Positions 12,910 through 26,200 of a DNA stretch of 64,000 nt are shown here, in pieces. The position numbers were made by a program, and so were the translations under genes. Position 1 is the stretch's first letter. Every line of letters begins with the position of its first letter. The DNA is from Chiloscyllium plagiosum. Lineage: Eukaryota. The notes below the pieces were generated by a model. It saw only the letters and a program-made list of their open reading frames with translations, was not told the DNA's origin and made no database searches. Where the stretch lies: the NCBI RefSeq assembly GCF_004010195.1, contig NC_057720.1:12854051-12918050 (forward strand), read 5' to 3'.

Positions 12910-13188
12910 GAAAGTGAGGACTGCAGATGCTGGAGATCAGAGCTGAAAATGTGTTGCTGGAAAAGCGCAGCAGGTCAGGCAGCATCCAAGGATCAGGAGA
13001 ATCGACGTTTCTGGCATAAGCCCGAAGTCCCTCCAAGTCCTCCCCCAAGTCCCTCCTCCCTACCTTTTATCTTAGCCTGCTGGGCACACTTCCCTCATTC
13101 CTGAAGAAGGGCTTATGCCCGAAACGTCGATTCTCCTGTTCCTTGGATGCTGCCTGACCTGCTGCGCTTTTCCAGCAACACATTTTCA
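12910..13188. mobile_element. Fold-back Penelope pLTR mini-element
   Basis: Inverted arms; 10-bp TSD gctttgggga at 12900-12909 and 13189-13198. Confidence 0.85.
13097..13132 (+). ncRNA. Minimal type I hammerhead ribozyme motif
   Basis: attc CUGAAGA a gggc uuau gccc GAAAC GUC gauu; predicted cleavage after 13128. Confidence 0.72.
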
Positions 13189-13779
13189 GCTTTGGGGAAC
13201 AGGTTTTGCAATCTCGTCCATTCTAGTCTGAAAAGAGTACATGAGTTGTTCAGAAAATGATAACTTTACCAGAGTGTTTGATGTAACGTAGTGGTCAGAC
13301 TCATCTCGTACATTTCAATTGGACGATTATTTATCAGTATTACTGTTTTTCTATTTCATCCCTCGAGGATTCTCTTGTGCCAGTTTGAAAGCCTAAACCA
13401 GAGCGATTAGTGCAGGTGAAAGGGTCGTGTGATCTTGGAGCCCAGATGAGCCTGTTGAAATTTAGGAAGACTCCAAAGTAGTTCTGGGTGCCACGGTGAA
13501 AATAGAACCAGAATAATTTATAATAATGAAAAGCTTATGGCTTTTTTATCTGAATGCATACAGCATTTGTATCGTGTAGATGATGGCAGCATTAATCCGG
13601 AGATGCAGTAATGTTCTGGGACATGGGTTCCAAACCCATCATGAACAGATGGTGGAGTTTGAAATCAATTTTAAAAACCAGGAATTAAGAGTCTAATGAT
13701 GAGGAAAACCACATCTGGTTCACCAATGTCCTTTAGACCATTCGACAATGGAGTGTAATTCATAGAATCCCTACAGAAT

Positions 13780-14135
13780 AGAATCCCGATAGGATAGAAT
13801 CCCTACAGCATGGAAACAGGCCATTTTGGCCCAATAAGTCCACTCTGACCCTCCAAAGAGCAATCCAATCAGACCCACACCCCACCCCACATTCATTCCT
13901 AACCAGTGCACCCAACCTCCATATCCCTGAACACTTTGGGCAATTTAGCATGGCCAATTCACCTGCACAGTTTTGTGCTTGTGGGAGGGAACCAGAGCAC
14001 CCGGAGGAAACTCAGGTTTCCTGGCACAGGCACGGGAGGAATGTGCAAACTCCACACAGACAACGCCCGAGGCAGGAATCAAAGCCGGGTCCCTGGCGCG
14101 GTGAGGCCAATGAGCAACTGAGTCACCGTGCCAAC
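13780..14135 (-). mobile_element. HE1-type SINE
   Basis: Reverse SINE motifs gcaaactccacacagac and ggaaacaggcc. Confidence 0.82.
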
Positions 14136-14359
14136 CCAGCCATTTGGACCATTGAGTCATCTGTAATTTGATCAGCAGTTTATGTATTTCTCAACCCCAT
14201 TTTTCTGTATTCTCCCTGAGACTCCTGATCCCCTTACTAACCAAGAACCTGTCTATCCTGGTGTGAAATGCATTCAATGACTTGGCCTTGACAGCCTTCT
14301 CCAGGAACACATTCCACAGATTAACCAGTCCGTGGCTTAAGGAATTCCTAAAGGGAGTT

Positions 14360-16832
14360 AGAACATAGAACATAGCAAAGTACAGCACAGAACAGGCCCT
14401 TAGGCCCACGATGTTGTGCCGAGATTTAATCCTAATGTAAAATACAGTAACTTAACCTACGCACCCCTCAACTCACTGCTATCCATGTGCATGTCCAGCA
14501 GTCACTTAAATGTCCCCAATGACTCTACTTCCACCACCACAGCAGGCAACGCATTCCATGCATTCACTGCTCTCTGCATAAAGAACCTACCTCTAACGTC
14601 TCCTATTATCTTCAAACTATGACTTCTCGTAACAGTCAATCCTGTCCTGGAGAAAAGTCTCTGGTTATTGACTCTATCTATCCCTCTCATTATTTTGTAC
14701 ACTTCGACGAGGTCTCCTCTCTTCCTCCTTCTCTCCAGAGAAAAATGGTCAAGCTTATTCAACCTTTCTTCATAAGGCAAGCCCTCCAGTCCAGGCAGCA
14801 TCCTGGTAAACCTTCGTGCACCCTCTCCAAAGCCTCTGTATCTTTCCTATAGTAGGGTGACCAGAACTGGACACAATATTCCAAATGTGGTCTCACAGGG
14901 ACTTGTGGAGCTGCAGCAAAACCTCGCAGCTCTTAAACTCGATCCCCTTGTTAATGAAAGCCAAAACATCATATGCTTTCTTGACAACCCTATCCACTTG
15001 GGTGGCAACTTTGAGGGATCTATGCACTTGCACACCCAGATCCCTCTGTTCCTCCACACCGCCAAGAATCCTGTCTTTAATCCTATATTCAGCATTCGAA
15101 TTTGACCTTCCAAAATGCATCACTATGCATTTATCCAGGTTGAACACCAAAGGCTTGGCAAGAAGGATTAGGGAGAACCCAAAGGCATTTTACTCATACG
15201 TGAGGAATAAGACAATGGTCAGGGAGAAGGTAGGGCCGATCAGGGATAGTGGAGGGAACTTGTACGTGGAGTCTGAGCAGATAGGGGAAGCCCTAAATGA
15301 GTTTTTTGCTTTGGTTTTCACCAAGGAAAGGGAACTTGTTGTAAATGAAAACTTAGAGGAGCTGGGATACAGTCTTAACCAGATCAAGATTGATGAAGTT
15401 AATGTTCTAGAAATTTTGGAAAACATTAAGATAGATAAGTCCCCAGGGTCAGACCAGATTTATCCTAGTCTGCGCCAGGAAGCAAGAAGGGAGGTTGCTA
15501 AGCCGCTGGCGAGGATATTTGCCTCCTCACTCTCCACGGGAGTCGTACCGGAGGATTGGAAGGAGGCAAATGTTGTTCCTCTTTTCAAGAAGGATAATAG
15601 GGAAATGCCTGGCAATTACAGACCAGTCAGTCTTACATCTGTGGTCAGCAAAGTTGTGGAAAGAATTCTGAGAAATAGGATTTTTGACTATTTGGCAAAG
15701 CATAGTGTGATTAAAGGCAGTCAGCATGGCTTTGTGAGGGGCAGGTCATGCCTCACAAATCTTATTNNNNNNNNNNNNNNNNNNNNNNNNNNNNNNNNNN
15801 NNNNNNNNNNNNNNNNNNNNNNNNNNNNNNNNNNNNNNNNNNNNNNNNNNNNNNNNNNNNNNNNNNNNNNNNNNNNNNNNNNNNNNNNNNNNNNNNNNNN
15901 NNNNNNNNNNNNNNNNNNNNNNNNNNNNNNNNNNNNNNNNNNNNNNNNNNNNNNNNNNNNNNNNNNNNNNNNNNNNNNNNNNNNNNNNNNNNNNNNNNNN
16001 NNNNNNNNNNNNNNNNNNNNNNNNNNNNNNNNNNNNNNNNNNNNNNNNNNNNNNNNNNNGTTCCAGTGCCTCCACATCCTTCGTATAGTATGGCGACCAA
16101 AACTGCACACAGTATTCCAGATGCGGCCGCACCAGAGTCTTTTTCAACTGCAACATGACCTCAGTACTCTGGAACTCAATTCCTCTACCAATAAAAGCCA
16201 GTACGGCATATGCCTTCTTCACCGCACTATTTACCTGGGTGGCAACTTTCAGAGATCTGTGTACATGGACACCAAGATCCCTCTGTTCATCCACACTACC
16301 AAGTATCTGACCATTAGCCCAGTACCCCATCTTTTTGTTACTCTTACCAAAGTGAATCACCTCACACTTATCCACATCTTCTTTGAGGAGATGTCAAGAC
16401 AGGTCGACAATGGTCGAGCAGTGGCTGTGGTGTATATGGACTTCAGCAAGGCACTTGATATGGTTTCCCATGGTAGGTTCATTCTTAAAGTCAGGAAGTA
16501 TGGGATACAGGGAGATTTGGCTATCTGGATTCAGAATTGGCTGGCTGACAGAAGGCAGAGTGTGGTTGTCGATGGAAAGTATTCTGCCTGGAGGTCAGTG
16601 TTGAGTGGGGTCCCACAGGGCTCGGTTCTTGGGCCTCTGCTCTTTGTAGTTTTTATAAATGACTTGGATGAGGAGGTTGAGGGTTGGGTTAGTAAATTTG
16701 CAGATGACACAAAGATTGGAGCTGTCATCGATAGTATAGAGGGCTACTGGAGGCTGCCGCGTGACATAGACAGGATGCAGAGCTGCGCTGAGAAATGGCA
16801 GATGGAGTTCAACCTGGATAAATGCGTAGTGA
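14360..16832. mobile_element. CR1 LINE with a 5' inversion (3' part on -, 14360-15145; inverted part on +, 15147-16832) plus a nested CR1 fragment on - (gap to 16377)
   Basis: RT motifs on + ([25 protein letters not shown]); 3' ORF2 and (tctatgt)n tail on -. Confidence 0.88.
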
Positions 16833-17257
16833 GTTCTAAAGGGTCATTCCCTTACTGTGAGGCTGTGTCCTTGAGTCCTAGTTTCTCCTACTGTGGAAAC
16901 ATTGCCTCCATGTCTCCTCTATCCAGGCCTCTCAGCATTCTTCACTTTCAATCAGATCCCCCCTCAAGCTTCTAAATTCCATGAGTACAGAGCTAAAGTC
17001 TTCAAGTGCTCCACACATAACAAACCCTTCATCCCCAGGATCCCCCAGGAGGTAGAGTTTTCCATTACACACTTGACATGTTGTTTGTAGATGGTAGACA
17101 GGCTTTGGGGAGTCAGGAGATGACTTACTGACTGCAGGATTCTGAGCCACTGATTTGCATTATAGCCACACTATTTATATAGCTAGTCTAGTTCAGTTTC
17201 TGACCAATGGTCACCCCAGATTGTTGATAGCAGGTGATTCAGTGGCTGTAATGTCAA

Positions 17258-18432
17258 GAAGAAAGTGAGGCCTGCAGATGCTGGAGATCAGAGCTGAAAA
17301 TGTGTTGCTGGAAAAGCACAGCAGGTTAGGCAGCATCCAAGGAGCAGGAGAATCGACATTTTGAGCATGAGCCCTTCTTCAGGAATGAGGAAATTGCATC
17401 CAGCAGGCTAAGATAAAAGATAGGGAGGAGGGACTTGGGGGAGGGGCGTTGGAAATGCGATAGGTGGAAGGAGGTTAAGGTGANNNNNNNNNNNNNNNNN
17501 NNNNNNNNNNNNNNNNNNNNNNNNNNNNNNNNNNNNNNNNNNNNNNNNNNNNNNNNNNNNNNNNNNNNNNNNNNNNNNNNNNNNNNNNNNNNNNNNNNNN
17601 NNNNNNNNNNNNNNNNNNNNNNNNNNNNNNNNNNNNNNNNNNNNNNNNNNNNNNNNNNNNNNNNNNNNNNNNNNNNNNNNNNNNNNNNNNNNNNNNNNNN
17701 NNNNNNNNNNNNNNNNNNNNNNNNNNNNNNNNNNNNNNNNNNNNNNNNNNNNNNNNNNNNNNNNNNNNNNNNNNNNNNNNNNNNNNNNNNNNNNNNNNNN
17801 NNNNNNNNNNNNNNNNNNNNNNNNNNNNNNNNNNNNNNNNNNNNNNNNNNNNNNNNNNNNNNNNNNNNNNNNNNNNNNNNNNNNNNNNNNNNNNNNNNNN
17901 NNNNNNNNNNNNNNNNNNNNNNNNNNNNNNNNNNNNNNNNNNNNNNNNNNNNNNNNNNNNNNNNNNNNNNNNNNNNNNNNNNNNNNNNNNNNNNNNNNNN
18001 NNNNNNNNNNNNNNNNNNNNNNNNNNNNNNNNNNNNNNNNNNNNNNNNNNNNNNNNNNNNNNNNNNNNNNNNNNNNNNNNNNNNNNNNNNNNNNNNNNNN
18101 NNNNNNNNNNNNNNNNNNNNNNNNNNNGTCTTTGAAGAAGGAGGCCATCTGGGTTGTACGGTATTGGAGCTGGTCCTCCTGGGAGCAGATGCGGCGGAGA
18201 CGAAGGAATTGGGAATATGGGATGGTGTTTTTACAGGGGGCAGGGTGGGAGGAGGTGTAGTCTAGGTAGCTGTGGGAGTCGGTCGGTTTATAGTAAATGT
18301 CCGTGTTGATTCGTTCGCCCGAGGTAGAAATGGAGAGCTCTAGGAAGGGGAGGGAGGAGTCTGAGATGGTCCAGGTAAATTTGAGGTCGGGGTGGAAGGT
18401 GTTGGTAAAGTGGAAGAACTGTTCAACCTCCC
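17258..18432 (-). mobile_element. Penelope-like element (5'-truncated RT plus pLTR) spanning a gap
   Basis: EVEQF.HFTNTFHPDLKFTWTISDSSLPFL...YKPTDSHSYLDYTSSHP...IPYSQFLRLRRICS; pLTR at 17258-17483. Confidence 0.9.
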
Positions 18433-19229
18433 ACAACCTCCCTTTCTGTACACTACATTCTATGCTACTGTTTTCACTGGGTCAGATTCAATGGTCAAAA
18501 TCAGGAAGGATATGATCCTATTAAAAACAATGAACTGTCCAAAAAAGTATGAATAGTCCATGTCCATATCAAGGGAAAATAACCATAAATTCATTAGTAG
18601 TCAAAGGAGGGCAGATCAATCTTTAGCTGATTTTGTCAACGGTAAGAATGGTTTGACGTTTTAGCCTCATGAATTGCAACATGTGAACATGAATCAGTTA
18701 ATGATATCGCATCATTCCTAGCTGAAAATTTCTCCTTATAACAGATGGTAAATTATTTGTTAAATTATTTGTGTGCCCTTATAATCCCACAATACTCTCC
18801 CCCCAACTAAATTGTTTAATGTAATAACTAAAGACATAATTTTGTGAAATCAAGCTATCACTATAGAAACTTGCCTGTTCGGAGTGCCCATCATAATTTC
18901 ACCTCTCGTTGATACCAGGCGTGATAAACAGAAAATCATGCAAAACCTTTATTAAATGGATTTTTCTCCCAGTGCACAAGAAAAACTGTTGGCAATGTGC
19001 TTCAAATTTTCAGTTCTTGTCCTTATTTTGAAATCACTTCATGACCTCTAGCTCTCCTCATCTCCAGCCCCACAACCTGTCAAAATTTAAACACTCAGCT
19101 AAGTCTGGCTTCTTGAGCATTTGCAATTTTAATCACTCCAGCATTTCCAGCTATGCCTTCAGCTGCTGAATCCCCAACTGTCAACATCCTGGGATGGGGG
19201 ATTCCGTTGACCAGAAGCTGAACTTGACT

Positions 19230-19770
19230 AGAGTGGTTCAAGAGTAGATCTGAGGCAGGGGTTATGCATGGAGTAACTCATCTCTTGACCAGTCCGGTTC
19301 ATCTTGCCCCTTCGCAGGATGTTGATAGCTGGGGTTTCAGCAATAGTAATGTCATTGATTGTCAAAGAGCAATGTTTGGATTCTCTGTTGTTGGGCGTGG
19401 TCATTGCCTGGCAATCATTTGACATCAATGTTACTTACCACTTATTAGTTCAACCCTGAATGTTGTCCAGATCTCATGACATTTGAACATAAAACATTTC
19501 AGTACCTGAAAAGTTGCAAATGGTGCTGAACATTGTGCAATCATCAGTGAGTATCACCCCTGATGAAGGAGGAAAGATCATTTATCAAGCAACTGAAGAT
19601 AGTTGGGCTCAGGACAGTGTCCTTAGGAATTCCTGAAGTGATACCCTGGAGCTGAGATGATTGACAATCAACACTCACAATCATCTTCCTTTGTGCCAAG
19701 TATGACTCCAAACAGGGGAGTATTTGACCCTGATTGCCATTGACTTCAGTTTTTCTAAGGTTCCATGATG
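19230..19770 (-). mobile_element. Old LINE RT fragment (same family as 39945-42305)
   Basis: LESYLAQRKMIV...SGIPKDTVLSPTIFSCLINDL. Confidence 0.75.
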
Positions 19771-19833
19771 CCACTTGGCAGGCTAAGTGGTATTATCACG
19801 AGACTATTAATCCCAAAACTCAGCTTCTGGGGA

Positions 19834-21267
19834 CCAGTTTGGCCGAACTGGTCCTCACCCTTAACAATTTCTCCTTTGAATCCTCCCACTTCCTCCAGAC
19901 CAAAGGGGTAGCCATGGGCACACGTATGGGCCCCAGCTATGCCTGTCTCTTTGTTGGCTACGTAGAGCAGTTGATCTTCCGTAATTACACCGGCACCACT
20001 CCCCACCTCTTCCTCCGCTACATTGATGACTGCATTGGCGCCACCTCGTGCTCCCGCGAGGAGGTTGAGCAATTCATCAACTTCACCAACACATTCCACC
20101 CTGACCTTAAATTTACCTGGACCATCTCCGACACCTGGCTCCCCTTCCTGGACCTCTCCATCTCCATCAGTAACGACCGACTTGACACTGACATTTTCTA
20201 CAAACCCACCAACTCCCACAGCTACCTGGATTACACCTCGTCCCACCCTACCTCNNNNNNNNNNNNNNNNNNNNNNNNNNNNNNNNNNNNNNNNNNNNNN
20301 NNNNNNNNNNNNNNNNNNNNNNNNNNNNNNNNNNNNNNNNNNNNNNNNNNNNNNNNNNNNNNNNNNNNNNNNNNNNNNNNNNNNNNNNNNNNNNNNNNNN
20401 NNNNNNNNNNNNNNNNNNNNNNNNNNNNNNNNNNNNNNNNNNNNNNNNNNNNNNNNNNNNNNNNNNNNNNNNNNNNNNNNNNNNNNNNNNNNNNNNNNNN
20501 NNNNNNNNNNNNNNNNNNNNNNNNNNNNNNNNNNNNNNNNNNNNNNNNNNNNNNNNNNNNNNNNNNNNNNNNNNNNNNNNNNNNNNNNNNNNNNNNNNNN
20601 NNNNNNNNNNNNNNNNNNNNNNNNNNNNNNNNNNNNNNNNNNNNNNNNNNNNNNNNNNNNNNNNNNNNNNNNNNNNNNNNNNNNNNNNNNNNNNNNNNNN
20701 NNNNNNNNNNNNNNNNNNNNNNNNNNNNNNNNNNNNNNNNNNNNNNNNNNNNNNNNNNNNNNNNNNNNNNNNNNNNNNNNNNNNNNNNNNNNNNNNNNNN
20801 NNNNNNNNNNNNNNNNNNNNNNNNNNNNNNNNNNNNNNNNNNNNNNNNNNNNNNNNNNNNNNNNNNNNNNNNNNNNNNNNNNNNNNNNNNNNNNNNNNNN
20901 NNNNNNNNNNNNNNNNNNNNNNNNNNNNNNNNNNNNNNNNNNNNNNNNNNNNNNNNNNNNNNNNNNNNNNNNNNNNNNNNNNNNNNNNNNNNNNNNNNNN
21001 NNNNNNNNNNNNNNNNNNNNNNNNNNNNNNNNNNNNNNNNNNCTCCCCCCTCTCCTCCCTGACCTATCACCTTCATCTCCTTCCCCACTGACCTATTGTG
21101 CTCTATGCTACTCTATCCCCACCCCCACCCTCCTCTAGCTTATCTCTCCACGCTTCAGGCTCTCTGCCTTTATTCCTGATGAAGGGCTTTTGCCCGAAAC
21201 GTCGATTTTGCCTGTCCTCGGATGCTGCCTGAACTGCTGTGCTCTTCCAGCACCACTGATCCATAAC
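19834..21267 (+). mobile_element. Penelope-like element (RT, gap, pLTR) inserted in a SINE
   Basis: GVAMGTRMGPSYACLF...FLRYIDD RT motifs; 10-bp TSD cttctgggga at 19824-19833 and 21268-21277. Confidence 0.92.
21172..21207 (+). ncRNA. Minimal type I hammerhead ribozyme in a Penelope pLTR
   Basis: attc CUGAUGA a gggc uuuu gccc GAAAC GUC gauu. Confidence 0.72.
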
Positions 21268-21765
21268 CTTCTGGGGAGCCAAGTTCAAATGCCGCCATGA
21301 CAGATGCTAATGTTTGAGTTCGATTTTTAAAATTCTGGAATTAAGAATCTGTCTGATGCCCATGAAACCATTGTTGATTGTCGGGAAAATCCCATCTGTT
21401 TCACTAAAGTCCTTTGGGGAAGGAAAGGTGCCATTGTTACCTTGTCCGGCTCTCAGAGGGGCGGTGATGGTCTCGTGGTATCATTGCTTGATATTAATCC
21501 AGAAACCCAGAAGAACGTTCTGGGGACCTGAGTTCAAATCCTGCCATGGCAGATGGTGGAATTTGAATTCAAAAACAAAAGCTTTAATCAAGAGTCAACT
21601 GATGACCATGAAACCATTGTCAATTGTCTGAAAAACCCATCTGGTTCATGAACGTCATCTTTACTTGGTCTGGCCTAAATGTGACTTGAGAGCCACAGCA
21701 TTGTGTTGACTCTCAACTGCCCACTGAAATGGCCTGACAAGCCACTCAGTTGTATCAATCGGTAG
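21268..21765 (+). mobile_element. Two tandem copies of the second SINE family
   Basis: gttcaaatcctgccatggcagatggtggaatttgaattc...aaaacccatctggttca. Confidence 0.7.
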
Positions 21766-21994
21766 AAATTCGGTAGGTTAGTGTTGGGTAAGAGCTGTGA
21801 TAGCACTGTCAATGACACTTTTATACTTGTTCTTGAGGGGAATGGCCGCAGGAGGTCCCTGCACTGGCTGCTTCCTCCCAGTCCCCCTCACTGTAACCCA
21901 TCTATTGTATTGAACAATACAAGCCAAAATTATGACAACAGATATCAGATATCAACAGATTCTTACATGGTAGTATCCATTTGTCTTTTCCTAG

Positions 21995-22145
21995 GCTGAT
22001 GTGATCATTGATGAACCATACTGTAAATATGGAGATGAACCATACACCCTGCAGTATGGTGGATGTGGAGAGAAGGGATGGTACATTCACTTCACACCAA
22101 ACTTTCTACTGAACAGCAGTCTGGTTTCAGTTTATGGACCGAAAG
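21995..22145 (+). CDS. CLCA: CLCA exon (canonical exon 3), metalloprotease domain
   Basis: cttttcctag|GCT...AAAG|gtaaa; 151 nt, phase 0-1; ADVIIDEPYCKYGDEPYTLQYGGCGEKGWYIHFTPNFLLNSSLVSVYGPK. Confidence 0.95.
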
Positions 22146-23069
22146 GTAAATTATTGAAGTTAGGATGGAGTAGCATATGCTTTAAGTACCGAATTAAGAC
22201 TGCTTAGTTGGTGAACATGATCCAAGCCAATGCTCATGAAGTGGGGGTGCCAGTGTTGGACAGGGGTGGACAAAGTCAGAAGTCACACAATACCAGGTTA
22301 TAGTCCAACAGGTTTATTTGGAATCATAAGCTTTAGGAGAAAATGAATATATGAGTTGTTATGACAACGAGGCATGACAAAGGCAAAACTGGGATTACTA
22401 AAATCCTTTTATTATCAATCAGCTATTGGACCTGGAGTGTGTCAGTTCATCAAATATTCTGGTCAATTAAGAGGTCTACATGACCAATGTAAAAACACAC
22501 TAAATAATGTAGGGGATATACACATCACTGTTATACTTTATTAACAGAACAAATCAATTAAAGAATAATGCACTTTGCCTTAAATAACATTTACCAGCAG
22601 AGAGCTTTACTCACGCAAACCCTCAACTGACCACTTGGACATCACAGAGATTGTAATAATACAGTAAATTTACAGTATTTGAGGTATATAATTTTTGACA
22701 GTTTATTGAGATTGCTGGTTCAAAAGGTGCTGTTTGAAACAAAATTAAAAGCAATGCCACAAAAAGAGCAATTTCGTTTTTATTTCGCTCCTTTCCCTCC
22801 AAGCCAATGGAACACTGAACTTTTCAGGTTTACCCTCTGAGTCACCAAGTCGATCCAATACTCAGAAGCACTGCACCACTAACACAGAGGAACTGAATAT
22901 TGATTTCTCTTGTGAAGTCACGAAATAACTTCATGCCATTGGGTGTTTTGAACCCATGAGTGGATAATGCCAATGTTCAAACTTTCGGAAGGACAATTTC
23001 ATTTATTTCTTGCAGAGAATGGATGCATTAGTTTCATTATTTTAATAAAAATTGCTTTTGTTTTGACAG

Positions 23070-23175
23070 GTCAAGTATTTGTTCATGAATGGGCTCATCT
23101 TCAGTGGGGAGTTTTCGATGAATATAATGAACGGGTGCCTTTCTATTTATTGAATAGAAAAAGTGAAGCCACGAG
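23070..23175 (+). CDS. CLCA: CLCA exon 4, HExxH catalytic motif
   Basis: ttttgacag|GT...ACGAG|gtagg; 106 nt, phase 1-2; [36 protein letters not shown]. Confidence 0.96.
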
Positions 23176-23244
23176 GTAGGACAACACTGATTGTAGTATT
23201 CTGCTCATTGAAAAATACCTCCTATGTTTTCTAGATAACTCCAT

Positions 23245-26200
23245 ATAGAACAGCGAGCATGGAACTTAACAGTGCAATATAGGCCCTTCAGCCCTCAATG
23301 TTGTGCTGACCTGTGGAACCAATCTGAAGCCCATCTAATCTACACTATTCCATTCTCGTCCATATGACTATCCAAGGACCATTTAAATGCCATTAAAGTT
23401 GGTGAGTCTACTATGGTTGCAGGCATTGCTTTTCATGCCCCTACTACTCTGAATAAAAAACCTACCTCTGACATCTGTCCTATATCTATCACCCCTCAAT
23501 TTAAAGCTATGTCCCCTCTTGTTTGCCATCACCACCCGAAGAAAAAGGCTCTCACCATCCACGCTATCGAACCCTCTGATTATCTTATATGTCTCAATTA
23601 AGTCGCCTCTCAACCTTCTTCTCTCCAATGAAAACAGCCTCAAGTCCCTCAGCCTTCCCTCATTACACTTTCCCTCCATACCAGGCAACATCCTAGTAAA
23701 TCTCTTCTGAACCCTTTCCAAAGCTTCCATATCCTACCCATAATGCAGTGACCAGAACTGCACACGACTCTCCAAATGTGGCCACACCAGAGTTTTCCAG
23801 CATGATCTCATGGTTCTGAAACTCAATCCCTCTAACAATAAAAGCTAACACACTATATGCCTTCTTCACAACCCTATCAACCTGGGTGGCAACTTTCAAG
23901 GATCTATGTACCTGGACACCAAGATCTCTCTGCTCATCTGCACTATCAAGAATCTTACCATTAGGCAAATACTCTGCATTCCTATTACTCCTTCCAAAGT
24001 GAATCACCTCACACTTTTCCGCATTAAACTCCATTTGCCAACTCTCAGCCCAGCTCTGCAGCTTATCTATGTCTCTCTGTAACCTACAACATTCTTCCTC
24101 ACTATCCATAATGTTACCGACCTTAGTATCATCTGCAAATTTACTAACCCATCCTTCTATACCCTCATCTAGGTCACTTATATAAATGATAAACAACAGT
24201 GGATCCAAAACAGATCCTTGCGGTACCCCACTAGTAACTGAAGTCCAAGATAAATATTTCCCATCAACCACCATCCTCTGTCTTCTATCAGCTAGCCAAT
24301 TTCTGATCCAAACCCTAAACCACTCTCAGTCCCATGCCTCCACATTTTGTGCAATAGGCTACCATGGGGAAACCTTTCAAAAGCATTACTGAAATCCATG
24401 TACACCACATCAACTGCTTTATCATCATCCACCTATTTTGTCACCTTCTCAAAGAACTCAATAAGGTTCGTGAGGCACAACCTAGCCTTCACAAAACCAT
24501 GTTAATTATCCCTAATCAACTTATTCCTTTCTAGATGATTATAAATCCCATCTCTTATAACCCTTTCCAAAACTTTACCCACAATGGAAGTAAGGCTCAC
24601 GGGTCTATAATTTCCAGGGTTGTCTCAACTCCCCTTCTTGAACAAGGGAACAACATTTACTATCCACCAGTCTTTTCTGGCACTGTTCCTGTAGACAATG
24701 ACCACATAAAGATCAAAGCCAAAGGCTTAGCAATCTCCTCCCTGGCTTCCCAGAGAATCCTCAGATAAATCCCATGTGGCCCAGGGGACTTATCTATTTT
24801 TACACTTTCCAGAATTGCTAATACCTCCTGCTTATGCACTTCAATCTCATCTAGTCGAGTAGCCTGTATCTCAGTATTCTCTTCAACCACAAGTTCTTTT
24901 TTTGGTGTGAATACTGATGAAAAGTATTTGTTTAGTATTCATTCACTCTCTCCTCAAACTCTAAGCACAACTTCCCATTACTCTGCTTGATTGGCCCTAA
25001 TCTTACTCTAGTCATTCTTTCATTCCTGATGTAGCGATAGAATGCCTTAGGATTTTCCTTGATCTTATCTGCCCATGACTTCTCATGTCCCCTCCTGGCT
25101 CTTCTTAGCTCCCTCTTTCAGTCTTTCCTGGCTAATGTGTAATTTTTAAGCACCCTAACTGAGCCATCACATCTCATCCTAACATAAGCCTTCTTCTTTC
25201 TCTTGACAAGAGATTCAGCTTCCTTTGTAAACATGACTCCCACGCTCGACAACTTCCTCCCTGCCTAATCGGTACATACTTATCAAGGACCCACAGTAGA
25301 TGGTCCTTGGACAAGCTCCACATTTCGATTGTGCCCATCTCCTGCAGTTCTTTCCCCATCTTATGCATCCTCAATCTTGCCTAATTTCATCATAATTGCC
25401 TTTCCCCCAGCAATAGCTCTTGCTATGCGGTATATACCTATCCCCTTCCATCACTAAAGTAAACATAACCGAATTGTGGTCACTCCCTTTAAAGTGCTCA
25501 CTTACCTCCAAATCTAAATTAACACCTGGCCGGGTTCATTAGCCTGTACCAAATCTAATGTGACCTCACTCCTTGTTGGCCTGTCGATATACTGTGTCAG
25601 GAAACCCTCCTGCACACATTGGACAAAAACTGACCCATCTAAAGTACTTGAACTGTAGTATTCCGAGTCAATATTTGGAAAGTTAAAGTCCCCCATAACC
25701 AACTGCCCTGTCACTCTCGCTCCCATTGAGGATCATGTTTGCTATCCTATCCGCTACATCTCTGGAACTATTTGGAAGCCTATAGAAAACTCCCAACAGG
25801 GTAACCTCTCTCCTTTCCTGTTTCAAATCTCAGCCCATACTACCTCTGTAGACAAGTCCTCAAACATCCTTTCCTTAATCGTAATACTGTCCTTGACTAG
25901 CATCACACCACCCACTCTTTTACCAGTTTCTCTGATCTTAATGAAACATCTAAATCCCAGAACCCAACCATTCCTGTCTCTGCTCTACTCATGACTCTGA
26001 AATGGCCACAACATAGAAATCCCAGGTACCAATCCAAGCTGCAAGTTCACCCACCTTATTCCAGATGCTCCTGGCATTGAAGTAGATACACTTCAAACCA
26101 ACTTCTTGCCTGCCGGTGCCTTCTTGCGATCTTGAAATCTTAGTTCTAACTTCACGACTCTCATCCTCTCGTATACTAGAATGACAATTTTGGTTCCCAT

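Noticed and set aside
14885..16975. 696-aa ORF
   Set aside because: Chimera of sense and antisense CR1 pieces read through an N gap; not a gene.
21900..21994. ...STDSYM|gtagta resembling the end of exon 2
   Set aside because: Would leave an intron of about 25 nt and has no other exon 2 motifs.
22357..22900. Possible solo LTR starting tgttatg in intron 3
   Set aside because: Could not identify a matching right end or TSD.
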